NCBI GenBank assembly: GCA_003427395.1
Contig: BFEA01000032.1
Coordinates: forward strand, 1,807,782-1,871,781
Length of the DNA stretch: 64,000 bases
Direction of reading: 5' to 3'
From: Chara braunii
Lineage: Eukaryota; Plantae; Charophyceae
Shown here: positions 25,275 through 37,262 of the stretch, one piece after another
How positions within the stretch are numbered: position 1 is the first letter of the stretch
How the letters are laid out: the number at the start of each line of letters is the position of its first letter
Notes under the pieces: generated by a model
The model's input: the letters and a program-made list of their open reading frames with translations, nothing else
The model's database searches: none
Told to the model about the DNA's origin: nothing
Program-made: the position numbers and the translations under genes

Positions 25275-27165
25275 CTATGTACACACACACGCACACCAAT
25301 GAATACGCATATCACCCTCTGCATATATATACACATTCATCTGATGTCTTTTCGTTTTTTTTCTTGTCGACCGTCTGGTAGGGAGACTTTCTTCATTCAC
25401 TCCCTTCTGTTTATCGACATTGTCCTTTGCATCCTCATTGTCATTGTGCCGCTCTACATGTACGTCTTGCCCTTCATCAATTAATGAAATACAATTAATC
25501 ACAGTCTGTGACGTGGTTGATCCCCCAAGCATCCTCTTCCCCTCATTCTCCGCGTCAATCAACACTTTCATCATCTCATCGAAATTTTCTTGCACCTCAC
25601 TCGCACGTTCTGCATGCCCACCTTGTTGCATTCCATCTGCGACCGCCATGTTCGTGGAAGGAGTGAGACTCTCCATCTGTGAGTCACTCTGGTTTCCCGC
25701 CTGAGTTATTAGAGGAGGCCCGTACGATCCAACGTTCGATTTGTCTTTGTTGACATTCCGTGTTCCCTTGTCCACCTCCATCATCTTGACAACAGTTTGG
25801 CTCATTGCTTCCCCAACACTGGCAGCAAAGTGCGTCGTCGACTGCCCCCCAAGCTGTGAGCAACCGGACTGTCTTGATGCCTTGGCACGCAGGAGGAAGT
25901 TCGATCTTCCAATCGATGGTCTTGTATGACTGGCTTGACGACAAGTCATAAAATTTGTGTTTATATTCTAGTCGATTGTCTGAGTGCAGAGAATCGAACA
26001 GTACTTTAGCCTTCTCCTCAATAGCCGCCTCGTCCACCCCGTCGTTTTCGCACTTGACACGATAGACGATTTCGCTCCTCGCCACTTTCAGCCACGGTTC
26101 TTCTGCAAGTCTAGGTTGGATTTTCCATCCCGATGATAGATGCAGTGTCATCATCCACTCCTCCTTGAAGATGCACGACTCGAACACGTCCGTATGCCAC
26201 AAAATATGATGCCCACACTTCTTAGATGTCGTTTCTGGTACCTTGTCATGAATGAAGTACGGTTGTGCACTGTCCTGCACAATGCGATCGGGGATATCAT
26301 CACCATGCATGAGCTTCGGGGATGGATCTGGAACAGCCAAGTCATCTTCGTCAGCGTCTGCCAGCTTGTCGTGGTCCGTGTTTCCTCCAGATGGAGGCCT
26401 TCCCTGCAACCCGCGACGATTGCCATGAATCAATATATTCTCAAGTGCTCGGAGGGGCGTCGGCGAATCCGTTTGCATCTGGTCAATGGAACTCGCACTG
26501 TCCGTCACATCACGCGCAGAACTGCTCGCACCTCCCGAGTTCGTGAGACCTCGTTCTGGATTCTCGTTTTGCACGTTGCATGCAGGCACACTTTGCATTC
26601 CCTCCTGCGAACGTTTCGCTCGCTCTTCGATATCGAGGTCTGAGGTTTCAGTCTCCTCGTCGCTCTCGATCGGACACCATGCATCTATTGTCTTGGCGAG
26701 GTTACTGTAGTCATCGTATGTCAGCATTATCCGATTTCTCGTGAACTTCAGTTGCTCGCATCGCGCCACAAACATCGCAAACGTAACCACTTGCGCTTTG
26801 TGGTAACCACCATATGCTTCCTGTGCCATCGCTTTGCGAACTATGTAGTCATGCTCAAATGGCGACTTGGGTTGGCCTTGGAACAGATAGTCCCACATCT
26901 TATTTCTCTTCTTGCCCAGCTTGTGGTACATATCTTTGTCCGGACGATGCGCAGTCTTTTGCCTCTCAGTCGTGCAATCGTTTATAGTGTCCTTCCCAAG
27001 AATGTCGATGGCCTTCGTCAAGTACGAGATGTCTTTGGACGACACGTTGTCGGCGCGAATACCCTTACAAGGGTATCCGCCCTGGGTTTTGTAAGTGACA
27101 GAAAATGAACTTTGCTTGAAATTTAAGTACACTGCGCGAGTCGCAGTTGCGTTTTTGGTTGACAA
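25275..27165 (-). pseudogene. Unknown protein (493-aa ORF plus a frameshifted ~200-aa tail), same strand as and upstream of Ulp1; likely transposon cargo
   Basis: Long ORF 25684-27165 overlaps ORF 25275-25949. Two globular-looking blocks are separated by an acidic linker. No recognisable domain. Confidence 0.55.
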
Positions 27166-30101
27166 GGAGTAGAGAGTGTGTGGGCGGGCGGTTTCGCGGC
27201 ACGCGTGATGATCCCTATTTTTGATGTTATAGAGTCCACGTTTCCGCCGACAAGATTTTGACTTCTGATTAAAACTAGGAGGGGTTTTCTTTATGTTGAA
27301 GTAACTACGGTGCGTGTACGCTCGTACGGAAGGGCGTCACTAGATGGTAATGTTACCTTTGGGCGCTGGTTGGAGCATGCGAAAGGAGGTAGAACGCGAG
27401 CGGTGGCCTCCGCGCAGCATTATGGGGGCTACAAGCGTGACGTACCGAGCAAGGTCCGGTCCCTGATGGCGTGTGCGCTCGTACGGGACCTCGGGATTGG
27501 AGAGGAAGTCAAGCGGCAACCTTAACGCTGCTGCCGCAGGCCCAGGCTGGCCTCAATTACCATTCACATACCAGGAAGCGCACAACTTGTCCAGGCTTGG
27601 GCTTAGCCTTATAGGTTATAGTGCTGGACTTTCACCAGGCGGATCCCGAGATCGAGACTAGCAACGAGCAGCGAGCAGCGGAGCAGCGGAGGAGCGCGTC
27701 GGAGTGAGCTGAGGGGTTGAGGGTCCCGCGAGACTATCCCCCTTGGCTTTTTGCGGGGGAGGGGTCAGACCGTGAGCAGGTAAGGCCAAGGGGGAGTGCC
27801 AGTGGGCCTCCTCCCCTACTACGACGTCCTAGAGATTTTTTTATTTACTACAATTTTTTTTTTATATATATTATTTCTATTATTTCTCATTTGTCTTGCT
27901 CCAATTGTGAACGTGGTCCGACTGTGGCACCAGATTCGGACTTAGAGTCGGCCCGAGAGCCTTGTTCAGTGGATACACCACTGAACTGTTGCAACACAGA
28001 CCTGGGTCCAAATCCAGATGAGGCTGATTGTCCCGAGGCAGCAAGCTCGACAGTCTGGGTCTCTGCCGAGAAGCTGTCCTTCGGGACATCCGTTAAAATT
28101 GGAACGATGCAGAGAGGATTGGCATGGGCCCCGCGTCACGCTGATGAGGGGCTATACCCAACCATGTTTGCTTTTTTCTTGGTTTGGACCTTGCGGGATT
28201 TGATTCTGTGGTCAAGAATTGGTATTTCTAGCTTACCAGGTTGGCCCACCGGGCCTAATCCTCAGATCATAGTTGGTAGGCTGGTGGCCCCTACTTGACG
28301 GGTTGGGCCTTTTTTCAGCCCAGCTGTTTTTGTTTTGTTTTTCTTTTTTCTTCCGTTTTGTTTTGAAAACAGGAAGGCCGTGGGTATGTCGTTTTTTTTC
28401 CCTTTGTAGAGGTTCCCATATAGGTGCATGTAGGGAGGTCTTGGAAGACTGGCCGTAGATGTTTGCTGTGTGGATGGACAAATAGGTTAGTAAGGTGGCT
28501 GCTGTGAGAACTCGAGTAGAACAGGTTGAAGGCGTCACTCAGTTTACTTTGTCACAGCGAATTCGGTGGAGGGCACATTGATCCCCCGATGGGTTATTTT
28601 GTGGATGTATGTGAACGGTGTCTTCCTCACGCACCACTGATGGCCATAACTGAGGTTGAGCAGCTCTATTGGTGACCGAACGGGTTACAGCGTCGAAGTG
28701 TCAGTGAGCATCTTACTGTGGTCGTGTATCTGGTGAAGGGGTTGTTACTGTGCAGGGCGCAGGTGGGACGCTGTTACTGTGCTAAGCACGGCTGTTGGGC
28801 AGGGCGCTGTTCCCCACTGTGGACCGCTGCTGTGCGCAGCGAATGCTGCTGCTATGGTGGTTATACCGCTGCTGTTTTTTTTAGGCTGCTCAACGCTTTG
28901 GTCCAGCTGCGGTGCCATCATCGTGCTTCCCTTCACTGCGGTAGTACTGTGTGGTCGGTTGCGTGCTACTATAAACACCACTGCGTGTTGAGTCCTACTC
29001 TGAACGTCTCTGAGTGCGGCACTAGGAACAATGAATGGTTGGCCATTCGCATGAGCGAGTTGTGCGGTTCTGCTATTTTGACCAACACAGCGACGGTTGA
29101 GCATCACTGCTGTGCACTACCAGGCCCCTGGTGCTCCGTACTTCTACAAGAACTGCTTTGTGAAGAAGCCGGTGCTGCAGCTCCAAACTGCGGTGTCGTG
29201 CTGTTACACTTCGGATAGAGACAACTGCTTCCCTCCGTCTGCTGGCACTGCTGCGCTGCGGAGCGGGGCTGAACTCGCTAAGGTTGACTGCGCGAATCGC
29301 TGCTTTGGTGGTAGCTTGTTATAGCCTTGAAGGCTGATCACGCGCGGATGATGGGCCAGCAGCTGCCTGATTGAGTTCGACTGCGGACATTGCACTGTGA
29401 ATAAAGCACGGGGGCGGACTCTATTTGGGCGATGCAGTACGAAGCTGCGTAAATGTGTCCTGACGGGTGGTTGAAATGTGGCAGTTTGGGAGTGTGAACG
29501 GAGGTTGTGGATGGGTTACTGCTGCTGCGTTCCAGCAGAGTGCTGCCACGGTGGGTGGGTTGCTGCTGCAAGATCGGACTGCCACCACACATAGGTCGGG
29601 CGTTGCTGCTGTGTTGGGCAGTGATTTAGGCACTACTGCTGAAGCAAGGCGCTGTTCCCCACCTCGGACCACTGTTGTGCGTGTCGTATACGGTGGCAGT
29701 ATCGCTACTACTTTCGGGAGGCTGCAACTACGGATTGTGTGTCGTTGAGCCCATATTGGGCTGCCGTAGAACTGCGGCAGCAGTGTACCACGGTTGTTCC
29801 TTTTTACAGCGGGGCTGCTGGTGGGGGTTGGAGGACAAACAGGGAGATGTTGTTCTGAATCCTGGCCGGGATCGGACTATTTCATGCGTGTTTCTGACCA
29901 TCATTGCGGGGCCCTCAGAAGATTCAAGATTCCAAGGCCCTCTCCTGTGAGTCTGAGTGCACCCCTCCAGTATCTGAGAGTCTTAATGTTTCTTTCGCCG
30001 TCTTTCTTACTCTTAATCTATTCTAAGGTTACGAGAGGAAGGTGGTAGGCGAGATTCCAACCCGTAGGTCCGCGTCAAGACCTTGTGGGAGGTTCACCCA
30101 C

Positions 30102-30164
30102 CGATTGCGGGAGCTCTGCCGGAGCCCAGGCGGGGTTCTGGAGGCAGGGAATACTCAGGTATAA
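30102..30164 (+). promoter_or_regulatory. Conserved leader stem-loop plus candidate splice donor (CAG|GTATAA, GT at 30159)
   Basis: Matches 45925-45987 with compensatory CCC/GGG versus TTC/GAA changes. Confidence 0.65.
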
Positions 30165-30475
30165 TTTCGTCTGACGCGTGTGATACCTTCCTTTATCTGC
30201 TATCCCCTGGGTATCTGAATACAACTATGTAAGAACATGACTTTCTGTATTGCTATGTATGTCAGAACATGTTTGGTGGAAAGGTAAACGAACAAGTGTA
30301 TGTGCGAGATCAGATAATACCTTGAGAGAATTTAGGCAAAATGAACTGGGGAAAGGTGGGATGAAGGTGTGTGCATGTGTGTGACTGGGTCAACGCAAGG
30401 CTGAGCTCCTCTAAGTTGATGTGGGCTCAGTGCTGTATTTTATTTATATTTGTTGGACTGACTGTATGATCTTGA

Positions 30476-31612
30476 GGGCTGGGCCTATCCTAAGTTGGAC
30501 GGACCAGTCGCTGTTTTTCTGGGGTTTCTGAACAGGAGGATGGACACCCTAAGTTGGGAAGGCTCAGAATCCTGTTGTTTCTTTTTGGGTTTGCTGAAAA
30601 CAGGGTTGGGAATACACTAAGTTGCGTAGACGTAGTTCTGTGTATGTTTTCTCCTGAGGGGGACAAAAGTATGAGACTGAGCGTACCCTTAAGTTAGGGC
30701 GGCTCAGTCATAAGCCATGAACATAAAGGCCAACCAAAGGTATAAAATTTTGATATGTATTATACAAATTTATATCATCTGGCAAACCGGGCACCGTAAG
30801 TTGGGAGAGCCAGTCAGTAAGTCAGGTAGGACAAGAAGAAGAGAAAAACTATGAAGAATATAATGAAGGTAACCAGGGCAGGCTGAGCGTACCCTTAAGT
30901 TAGGGCGGTTCAGTCTTATGCTCGTGATAATATGGAGCAGAGAATTAGTATAAACTTGTTTTATTTTCCCTTCTAAACACAAGGCAGGATTGGATGTCTC
31001 CCTAAGTTGGGTAGGTCTGATTATCTGCCTAATAAGAGAGAAACACATAAAGTTTGTGCAAGTATACCAATGGTTGTTCCTTTATATTGTCGTTACGAAG
31101 ACTAATCGTACTCGTAAGTTAGGGCGGCTTAGTCATACGTCGTTTGTACCTTGTTCAGGCAGATCATGCCTTATGTACCTAAACTGTTTAAGCTAGCTAG
31201 GCGTACCCTTGAGTTAGGGCGGCCTAGTGATATGCTATTGTCGTTGATGTTATGTAGGTTGGACGTACCCTTAAGTTAGGGCGGTCTGACCATTCGTCGT
31301 TCGTACTAGTTTTAGGCAGGTCAGGCACACCCCTAAGTTGGGGCAGCCTAATCCTATGCCCTACGTAAACTTCGTTTAAGGCTGACTAGACATACCCTTA
31401 AGTTAGGGCAGTCTAGTTTATGCTTCATGTCGTCAGTTCAAGCAGAAGTCAGGTGTACCCTTAAGTTAGGGCGGTCTGGTCATATGTTTTATGACTAGAA
31501 TTCATGTGGTGTTGGACATACCCTTAAGTTATGGCAGTCCAGTTGTATGTACCTTACTTGTTTACTTAGGAAGGTTGGTCATACCCTTAAGTTAGGGTCT
31601 TGTCTGATCCTA
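30476..31612 (+). repeat. Array of ~15 hairpins, core CCC(T)TAAGTT(A)GGG with covarying outer stems and divergent linkers
   Basis: Examples: GACTGAGC-GTA-CCCT-TAAGTT-AGGG-CG-GCTCAGTC; GGTTGGAC../..GTCTGACC; GACTAGAC../..GTCTAGTT. Spacing ~60-105 bp. Confidence 0.85.
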
Positions 31613-34516
31613 TGCCATAAGTATGGGGGTCTACCAAGGAAAAACAACTGAGTGATTCAACGAACTACTTGGGAAATTGATGTGGGATTGTGAGAGATGT
31701 TTGCTTATGCATACTTGTGGGCTCTCACTCGGGGCGTCTTTTCGATAGGTTAGCTGCCTAGATGCTCGCCAAGTGTTGGAGCCATAGGTAGATGAGATGG
31801 ATGATGGGAGGGAGAACTTGGGATGAAGATAGGATTGAACCTGCTAGAAGTTAGGATCAATGCTAGCCCACAATCTCATTTAGAGATTATGCAGGTCGTC
31901 GTTGATGTTGAATTATCAAGCAGGTGTCAGAAGTTAGTCCCAAGTATAATTGCTTTGTCTTTCCTTCTTTTCAGCTTTGTATAAATCTTGACAACCTCTT
32001 GTTCCTACGGGAAGCGCTGATGAAATTTCTACAAATCTGAAAGAGTTAGTCATTTTGCAGCTTGAAGAAATTCTGAAAAGACACTTTTCCTATGGAAAGC
32101 GCTGCCGAAATTTCGTAGAATTTGAGGAGTTATAATATTTTTCAGCTAGGGGTTACTTAGTAGATTTGTCCTGGTTAGGGGAGATATTCAGTGACTTGGT
32201 ACTAGTAGAGGAGCTAGGTTACGACTAGGGGAATATTATCCCCTTGACATAAACATAAGTAGTACTTTTATTTGGCACGTACTGTGATGCAGGTTTCCGT
32301 ATTTGCGATTGAAGGCTTGATTTGTTCATCCTGATCCTTCAAAAGGATCATTCTCACTGATAACAGGTCGGTAGCCGATTCGTCGGTGTATGACTCAACT
32401 TCCCTATCTCTCCTGCCTCTCAACGTAAGACATTGACCATTGCCAGGTTTTGTGTGTTTCTTTAGGGTTTCACCGAGTTTTTTTATAAATGGACATTTCT
32501 TAAAGACTGAGTATATTTGTTGAGGATTCGTGAGGAAATGGTTGGGCTTGTGTGCATAAGGCAGGGTGTGAGCCGCTGAAGGTCGGAAAGTTGACCCCGT
32601 TAGCATGTGTGATGTTGTTTGAATATTGTGTATATGATTGCATATATGTATGGAAGAGTATGATTTGAGTCAAGACGAGTGATTATGTATTGGATTCAGA
32701 TGGGCAATCCACACCACTATCGTGAGAGTGAACTACCCCACAACCCTGTTGTTTGAGTAAGATCGTTATTTTCTCGTTCTGGTAGTGGGATAATCTAAGT
32801 AGGCGTACGTAACCCTCACAGGGCTACGCGACCGCACACCCACGTCCTTTCTTATTTAATGTTGATCAGATGGTAGGACGATTGTCTCAAGTCTGGAATT
32901 TAAGGTCTTTGTCCGGGATGGTCTAGGGCCTAGGCATAACCCCGACGATGTTTTTTTGATGATGTTAGGAGTACTTGTTTTTCATCTTTGTTGAGATTTA
33001 TTTTTGGTGCAACGATGAAGTTCCAGGCAGAAGGGTTAGCGTGTCGTTGGTGCTGCGCCAGACAACTCACCACCGCTCCGAATTCCTTCCTGCCTTAGGG
33101 ACCATCCTACCCCGCACCCTTTGGGACACCTCAGGGTGCAGAAGACGATAAGGCCATCAGGCCGGTTTTGCGCTCGCTAAAGGGTTGTCCCCCTTAGCGC
33201 GCACTTCAGCCGACGCCCGAACGCCGAAAGTAACGCCTTGCCTCAGACTAGGCCATTCGGGTATGGACACCACAGATTGCGCCTTCATCTCGACTACTTG
33301 CGTAGAACTGCATGGTAGATCGGTATGCGTAAGCCTGACGCCCGCCTAACTTTATACTAAAACTCGGGCGCCGCACGTATCGGTTCCAGCGCTTGGAAAG
33401 TTATGTGTTGAATGGAGTCTCTTTCTATCAGCGACTGTCTTCCTTTTTGAGTTGTTTGTTGGACGTTGTAGTCTGTGGCAGCCGTCAAAGTCAAACCCCT
33501 TGATATTGGCTACCACGACAGCCCTAAAGTTGTCTACTGAACCCCTCTGCACAGGGTGTAGAAGAGGGTGTGGTCGTCAACCGCCCATGGCGGTTGTCTG
33601 GCGTCGAGAGATTACCCCTCAAAGCGCCTGTCAGCCGACACTTGAGTGTCGGACACAATTCTCGAGATTACCAAGGGTCGCGCGGTTGCGAGTACCACGT
33701 TGTCGGAGCTGATACCCTTACAAGGGTATCCGCTCATGATTTTGTAGTCGACACGACGTCGGTACCAACAGACAGGTTGAAGACGGCTAAAAACGAGAAA
33801 TGAGGCAAATCCCTCAACTGTTATGATCGAGAAAGTTTTGCCAGCGCAAGCGCCAAAACACGGCGCGCACAGACTAGAGTCGATGGTCAATTTTTTTCGA
33901 ATGCTCGTCTGCCTTGTCGTGGCAGACGCGGGGACAGAAAAGATTAGGGGATTAAAATTTGAGTGACCGCGCGTGCCACTTTGACCAATGCATAGACTGA
34001 AAAAGGGTTAGTAAGTTAAACCTCCGGCCGCAGAGGACGAAAGGTTAGTCTAGCGGGAAGGGTCACGGAAAAGACGACAACGATTTTTTCCCAAGTTTTT
34101 TTGACGGCTAGGAACGTATATTGACAATGAATGAGTCAAGTCAACAAGGCAACAAGACTACTTCAAGTTGCCGCAGATTGAGACGTAGGGTAAAATTACT
34201 GAAGGCCCCAGCCATGCGGCTCAGGCAACTGGTGAAATAGCCAGACTGCCGTAGTGGGCTACGACAGTAGCATAAATCTGAGTCTACCCCTAGGAGAGGC
34301 TGTAGGCATTGCATCAGCCAACAAAGGGGGGAGGCCGCACTACACTTATACTGGGAAAGCTCCTAGTATAACCGAACGAGGAGCTAGCCCAGTAGATACG
34401 AGTACAGACTAACATGCCAAGGATAAATGGATCGAATCCGCCCGGCCTCAGGCTAGCTCCCCTTTTACTGAAAATCGGCACTGAGGCCGCCATATATTTT
34501 TCTTTTCACCCGCCCT

Positions 34517-34552
34517 CAGACAGGCGGGACTTGAACCCGCAACCTGTGGATT
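34517..34552 (-). other. tRNA-like 3' half (T-arm/B-box), possibly SINE-derived
   Basis: Minus strand AATCCAC-AGGTT-GCGGG-TTCAAGT-CCCGC-CTGTCTG. No D-arm or 5' acceptor strand found. Confidence 0.35.
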
Positions 34553-34775
34553 GAGACTTGAGGTAGTTAGGAAAAGATTTAGGCTCCTCGTCGCTGGTCA
34601 AGGCCCGACAGTTGAAACAGTAGCGTTAGGATATTCTTTTTTTTTTTTTTGAGTAATCTTTTTCTCTCTGAACACTACCTACCTACTAAGGTAGATTCAT
34701 TAAGGGATCATTCCGACACTCACCGAGAATGGCGGGGCTCCCGGACTCCCCATTCAGTCAAAAGCATAGGGAGAG

Positions 34776-37262
34776 CACAAGTGGTTATCGGGTACCTGAA
34801 ATTTCATAGATGAAAATTATGAAGTGGGAAGAATTAAGTTGTTTTGTTTGTCATGAAAATCATGCTTGGATCATGAATTCAGAAGGAGGTCACTGACGTT
34901 CATGGTGAAAAGATCTAGTAAAATATTTTATTTATATCTTAAAAAACATGTCTTGAAACTTCTCTATTTTTTACCCGCTGAAAAGTTTCATGCTTTTCGC
35001 CTACCTGAAAGTTTCACACTCACCCTCTGCTTGAAAACCTAATGTGTTTTTCATGATTTCGTGCCCTCTTGAAATTTTCATGATTTCCTTTCCCCCTCAT
35101 CTCCCCAATCATGCAAATTATAAACAAACTTGAAGTGGTAAAGATCATGAATGGTATGAAAGCACTTTTCCCTGATGCTTAAAGAACATTATGAAAATCA
35201 TGAACGAGCTGGAAGTGATAAAGATCATGAATGATTTTCACCCGTCTGAAAATGATGAATGAAACTGAAGGTGAAGATCATGAATAGTATTAAAGCACCG
35301 CCCCCTCGCTCCCTCGTGCATAAAGAGTATCATGAAAATCATGAATGAACCTGAAGTGGTGAAGATCGTGAATGGTTTAAAAGCACCCTCCCGGCCACTG
35401 GGAGGGTGCTTTCAGACCATTCCTTCATCTTCACCACTTCTAGATCGTTCATGATTTTCATTATGCATAAAGAGCATCATGAAAATCATGAATGAACCTG
35501 AAGTTGTGAAGATCATGAATGGTATGAAAGAACCCCCCCCGGCCACCGGGAAGGTGGGTTCAGACCATTCATGGTCTTAACCACTTCAAGATCGTTCAAA
35601 GCACCACCCCCCTCCCACAGGGGGTGTGCTTTCAGACCATTCATGGTCTTCGCCACTTCAAGATCATTCATGATTTTCATGATGCATAGAGAGCATCATG
35701 AATTATGCATCATGAAAATCATGAACAGACCTGAACTAGTAAAGATCGTGAATAGTTTGAAAGCACCCCCCCCCCCCGACCACGGGGGGATGCTTTAAGA
35801 CCATTCATTGTATTCACCACTTCAACATCGTTCATGATTTTCATGATGCCTTTTAGGCATCATGAAAATCATGAATGAACTTGAAGTAATAAAGATCATG
35901 AACGGTATGAAAGCACCTAACGGTATGAAAGCACCTTGAAACCAAGTCCTATGGCCACCTGTTTTTTATACATGAACATCCTGAATCATCCTGAAGTGAT
36001 GAAGGACATGAACACCCTTAAACTAGACTCTATGACCACCTCGTTTTTATACATGAGCATCTCGAATCATCCTGAAGTGGTGAAGGATGTGAACACCCTG
36101 AATCCAGACCCTATGGCCATTTGTTTTTGATACCTGAACATCCCGAATCATCCTGAAGTGATGAAGGACCTCGACACCCTGAAACCAGACCCTATGGCCA
36201 ATTGTTTTTGACACCTGAGCATCCCGAATAATCCTGAAGTGATGAAGGATATGAACACCTTGAAACCAGGCTCTGTGGCCACCTGGTTTTTATACCAAAG
36301 CATCCTGAATCATCCTGAAGTGATGAAGGACCAGAACACCCCGAAACTACACCCTATGGCCACCTATTTTTTATACATGAAGATCCTGAATCATCCTGAA
36401 GTGATGAAAGACCTGAACACCCCGAATCCAGGCCCTATGGCCACCTCTTCTTGATACCTGAGCATCCCGAATCATCCTGAAGTGGTGAAGGACCTGAATG
36501 AAACCAGCTCATATAGCCACATGTTTTTGATACCTTAGCATCCTAAATCATCCTGAAGTGATGAAGGACCTGAACACCCTGAAAGCAGGTCCTATGTCCA
36601 CCTGTTTTTGATACATGAGCATCTCGAATCATCCTGAAGTGATGAAGGACCCAAACACCTTGAAATGAGACCCTATGGCCACCTGTTTTTTATACCTGAG
36701 CATCCCGAATCATCCTAAAGTGATGAAGGACCTGAACATCCTGACATCAGGCCCTATGGCCAGCTGCTTTTGATACATGAACATCCCCAATCATCCTGAA
36801 GTGATGAAGGACCTTAATACCCTGAAACTAGACCCTATGGCCGCCTGTTTTTGATACTTGAGCATCCCGAATCATCCTGAAGTGATGAAGGACTTGAACA
36901 CCCTGAAACCAGGCCCTTCGGCCACCAGTTTTCGATACCTGACCATCCCGAATCATCCTGCAGTGGTGAAGGACCTGAACACCCTGAAACCAAGCTCTAT
37001 GGCCACCTGTTTTTAATACCTGAATATCCCGAATTATCCTGAAGTGATGAAGGACATGAACACCTTGAATCCAGACCCTATGGCTACCTGTTTTTGATAA
37101 CTGAGAAAAACATGGATTATGAAAAACCTGCAACCTTTCAAATAAGTCATGAAAATTGTAGGTAAGAGTAAGAAAAACCTAGGACAATGAAAAGGTAGTT
37201 GGAATAAGTTACACACATAAAATATGTGTGATGAAAAATATACACATCGTTAACCTTCTCTC
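34776..37262 (+). mobile_element. Non-autonomous DNA transposon, 8-bp TSD family, copy 2 (long, satellite-filled)
   Basis: TSD AGGGAGAG at 34768-34775 and 37263-37270. Termini CACAAGTGGTTATC...GTTAACCTTCTCTC. Confidence 0.85.
35935..37100. repeat. 81-bp tandem repeat, ~14 copies, inside copy 2
   Basis: catcctgaagtgatgaaggac recurs about every 81 bp, giving a 27-aa periodicity in the ORF track. Confidence 0.9.

Larger units (their letters stand above)
27225..33000 (+). mobile_element. Truncated LTR retrotransposon B: putative LTR (27225 to ~30100) plus non-coding leader; 3' end approximate
   Basis: Starts TGTTATAG, CA at 30099-30100. Leader motifs shared with Gypsy element C at 30102-30164, 32359-32380 and 32590-32608. 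No gag/pol seen. Confidence 0.55.

Noticed and set aside
28718-29950. Cys/Ala-rich ORFs in the element B LTR
   Set aside because: CTG-rich low-complexity sequence open in several frames, with no motifs.
30476-31612. Bona fide CRISPR array
   Set aside because: Eukaryotic LTR-element context, no cas genes, repeats vary with compensatory changes, and spacing is irregular (~60-105 bp).
35936-37216. ORFs with 27-aa repeats
   Set aside because: By-product of the 81-bp satellite, with frequent stops.
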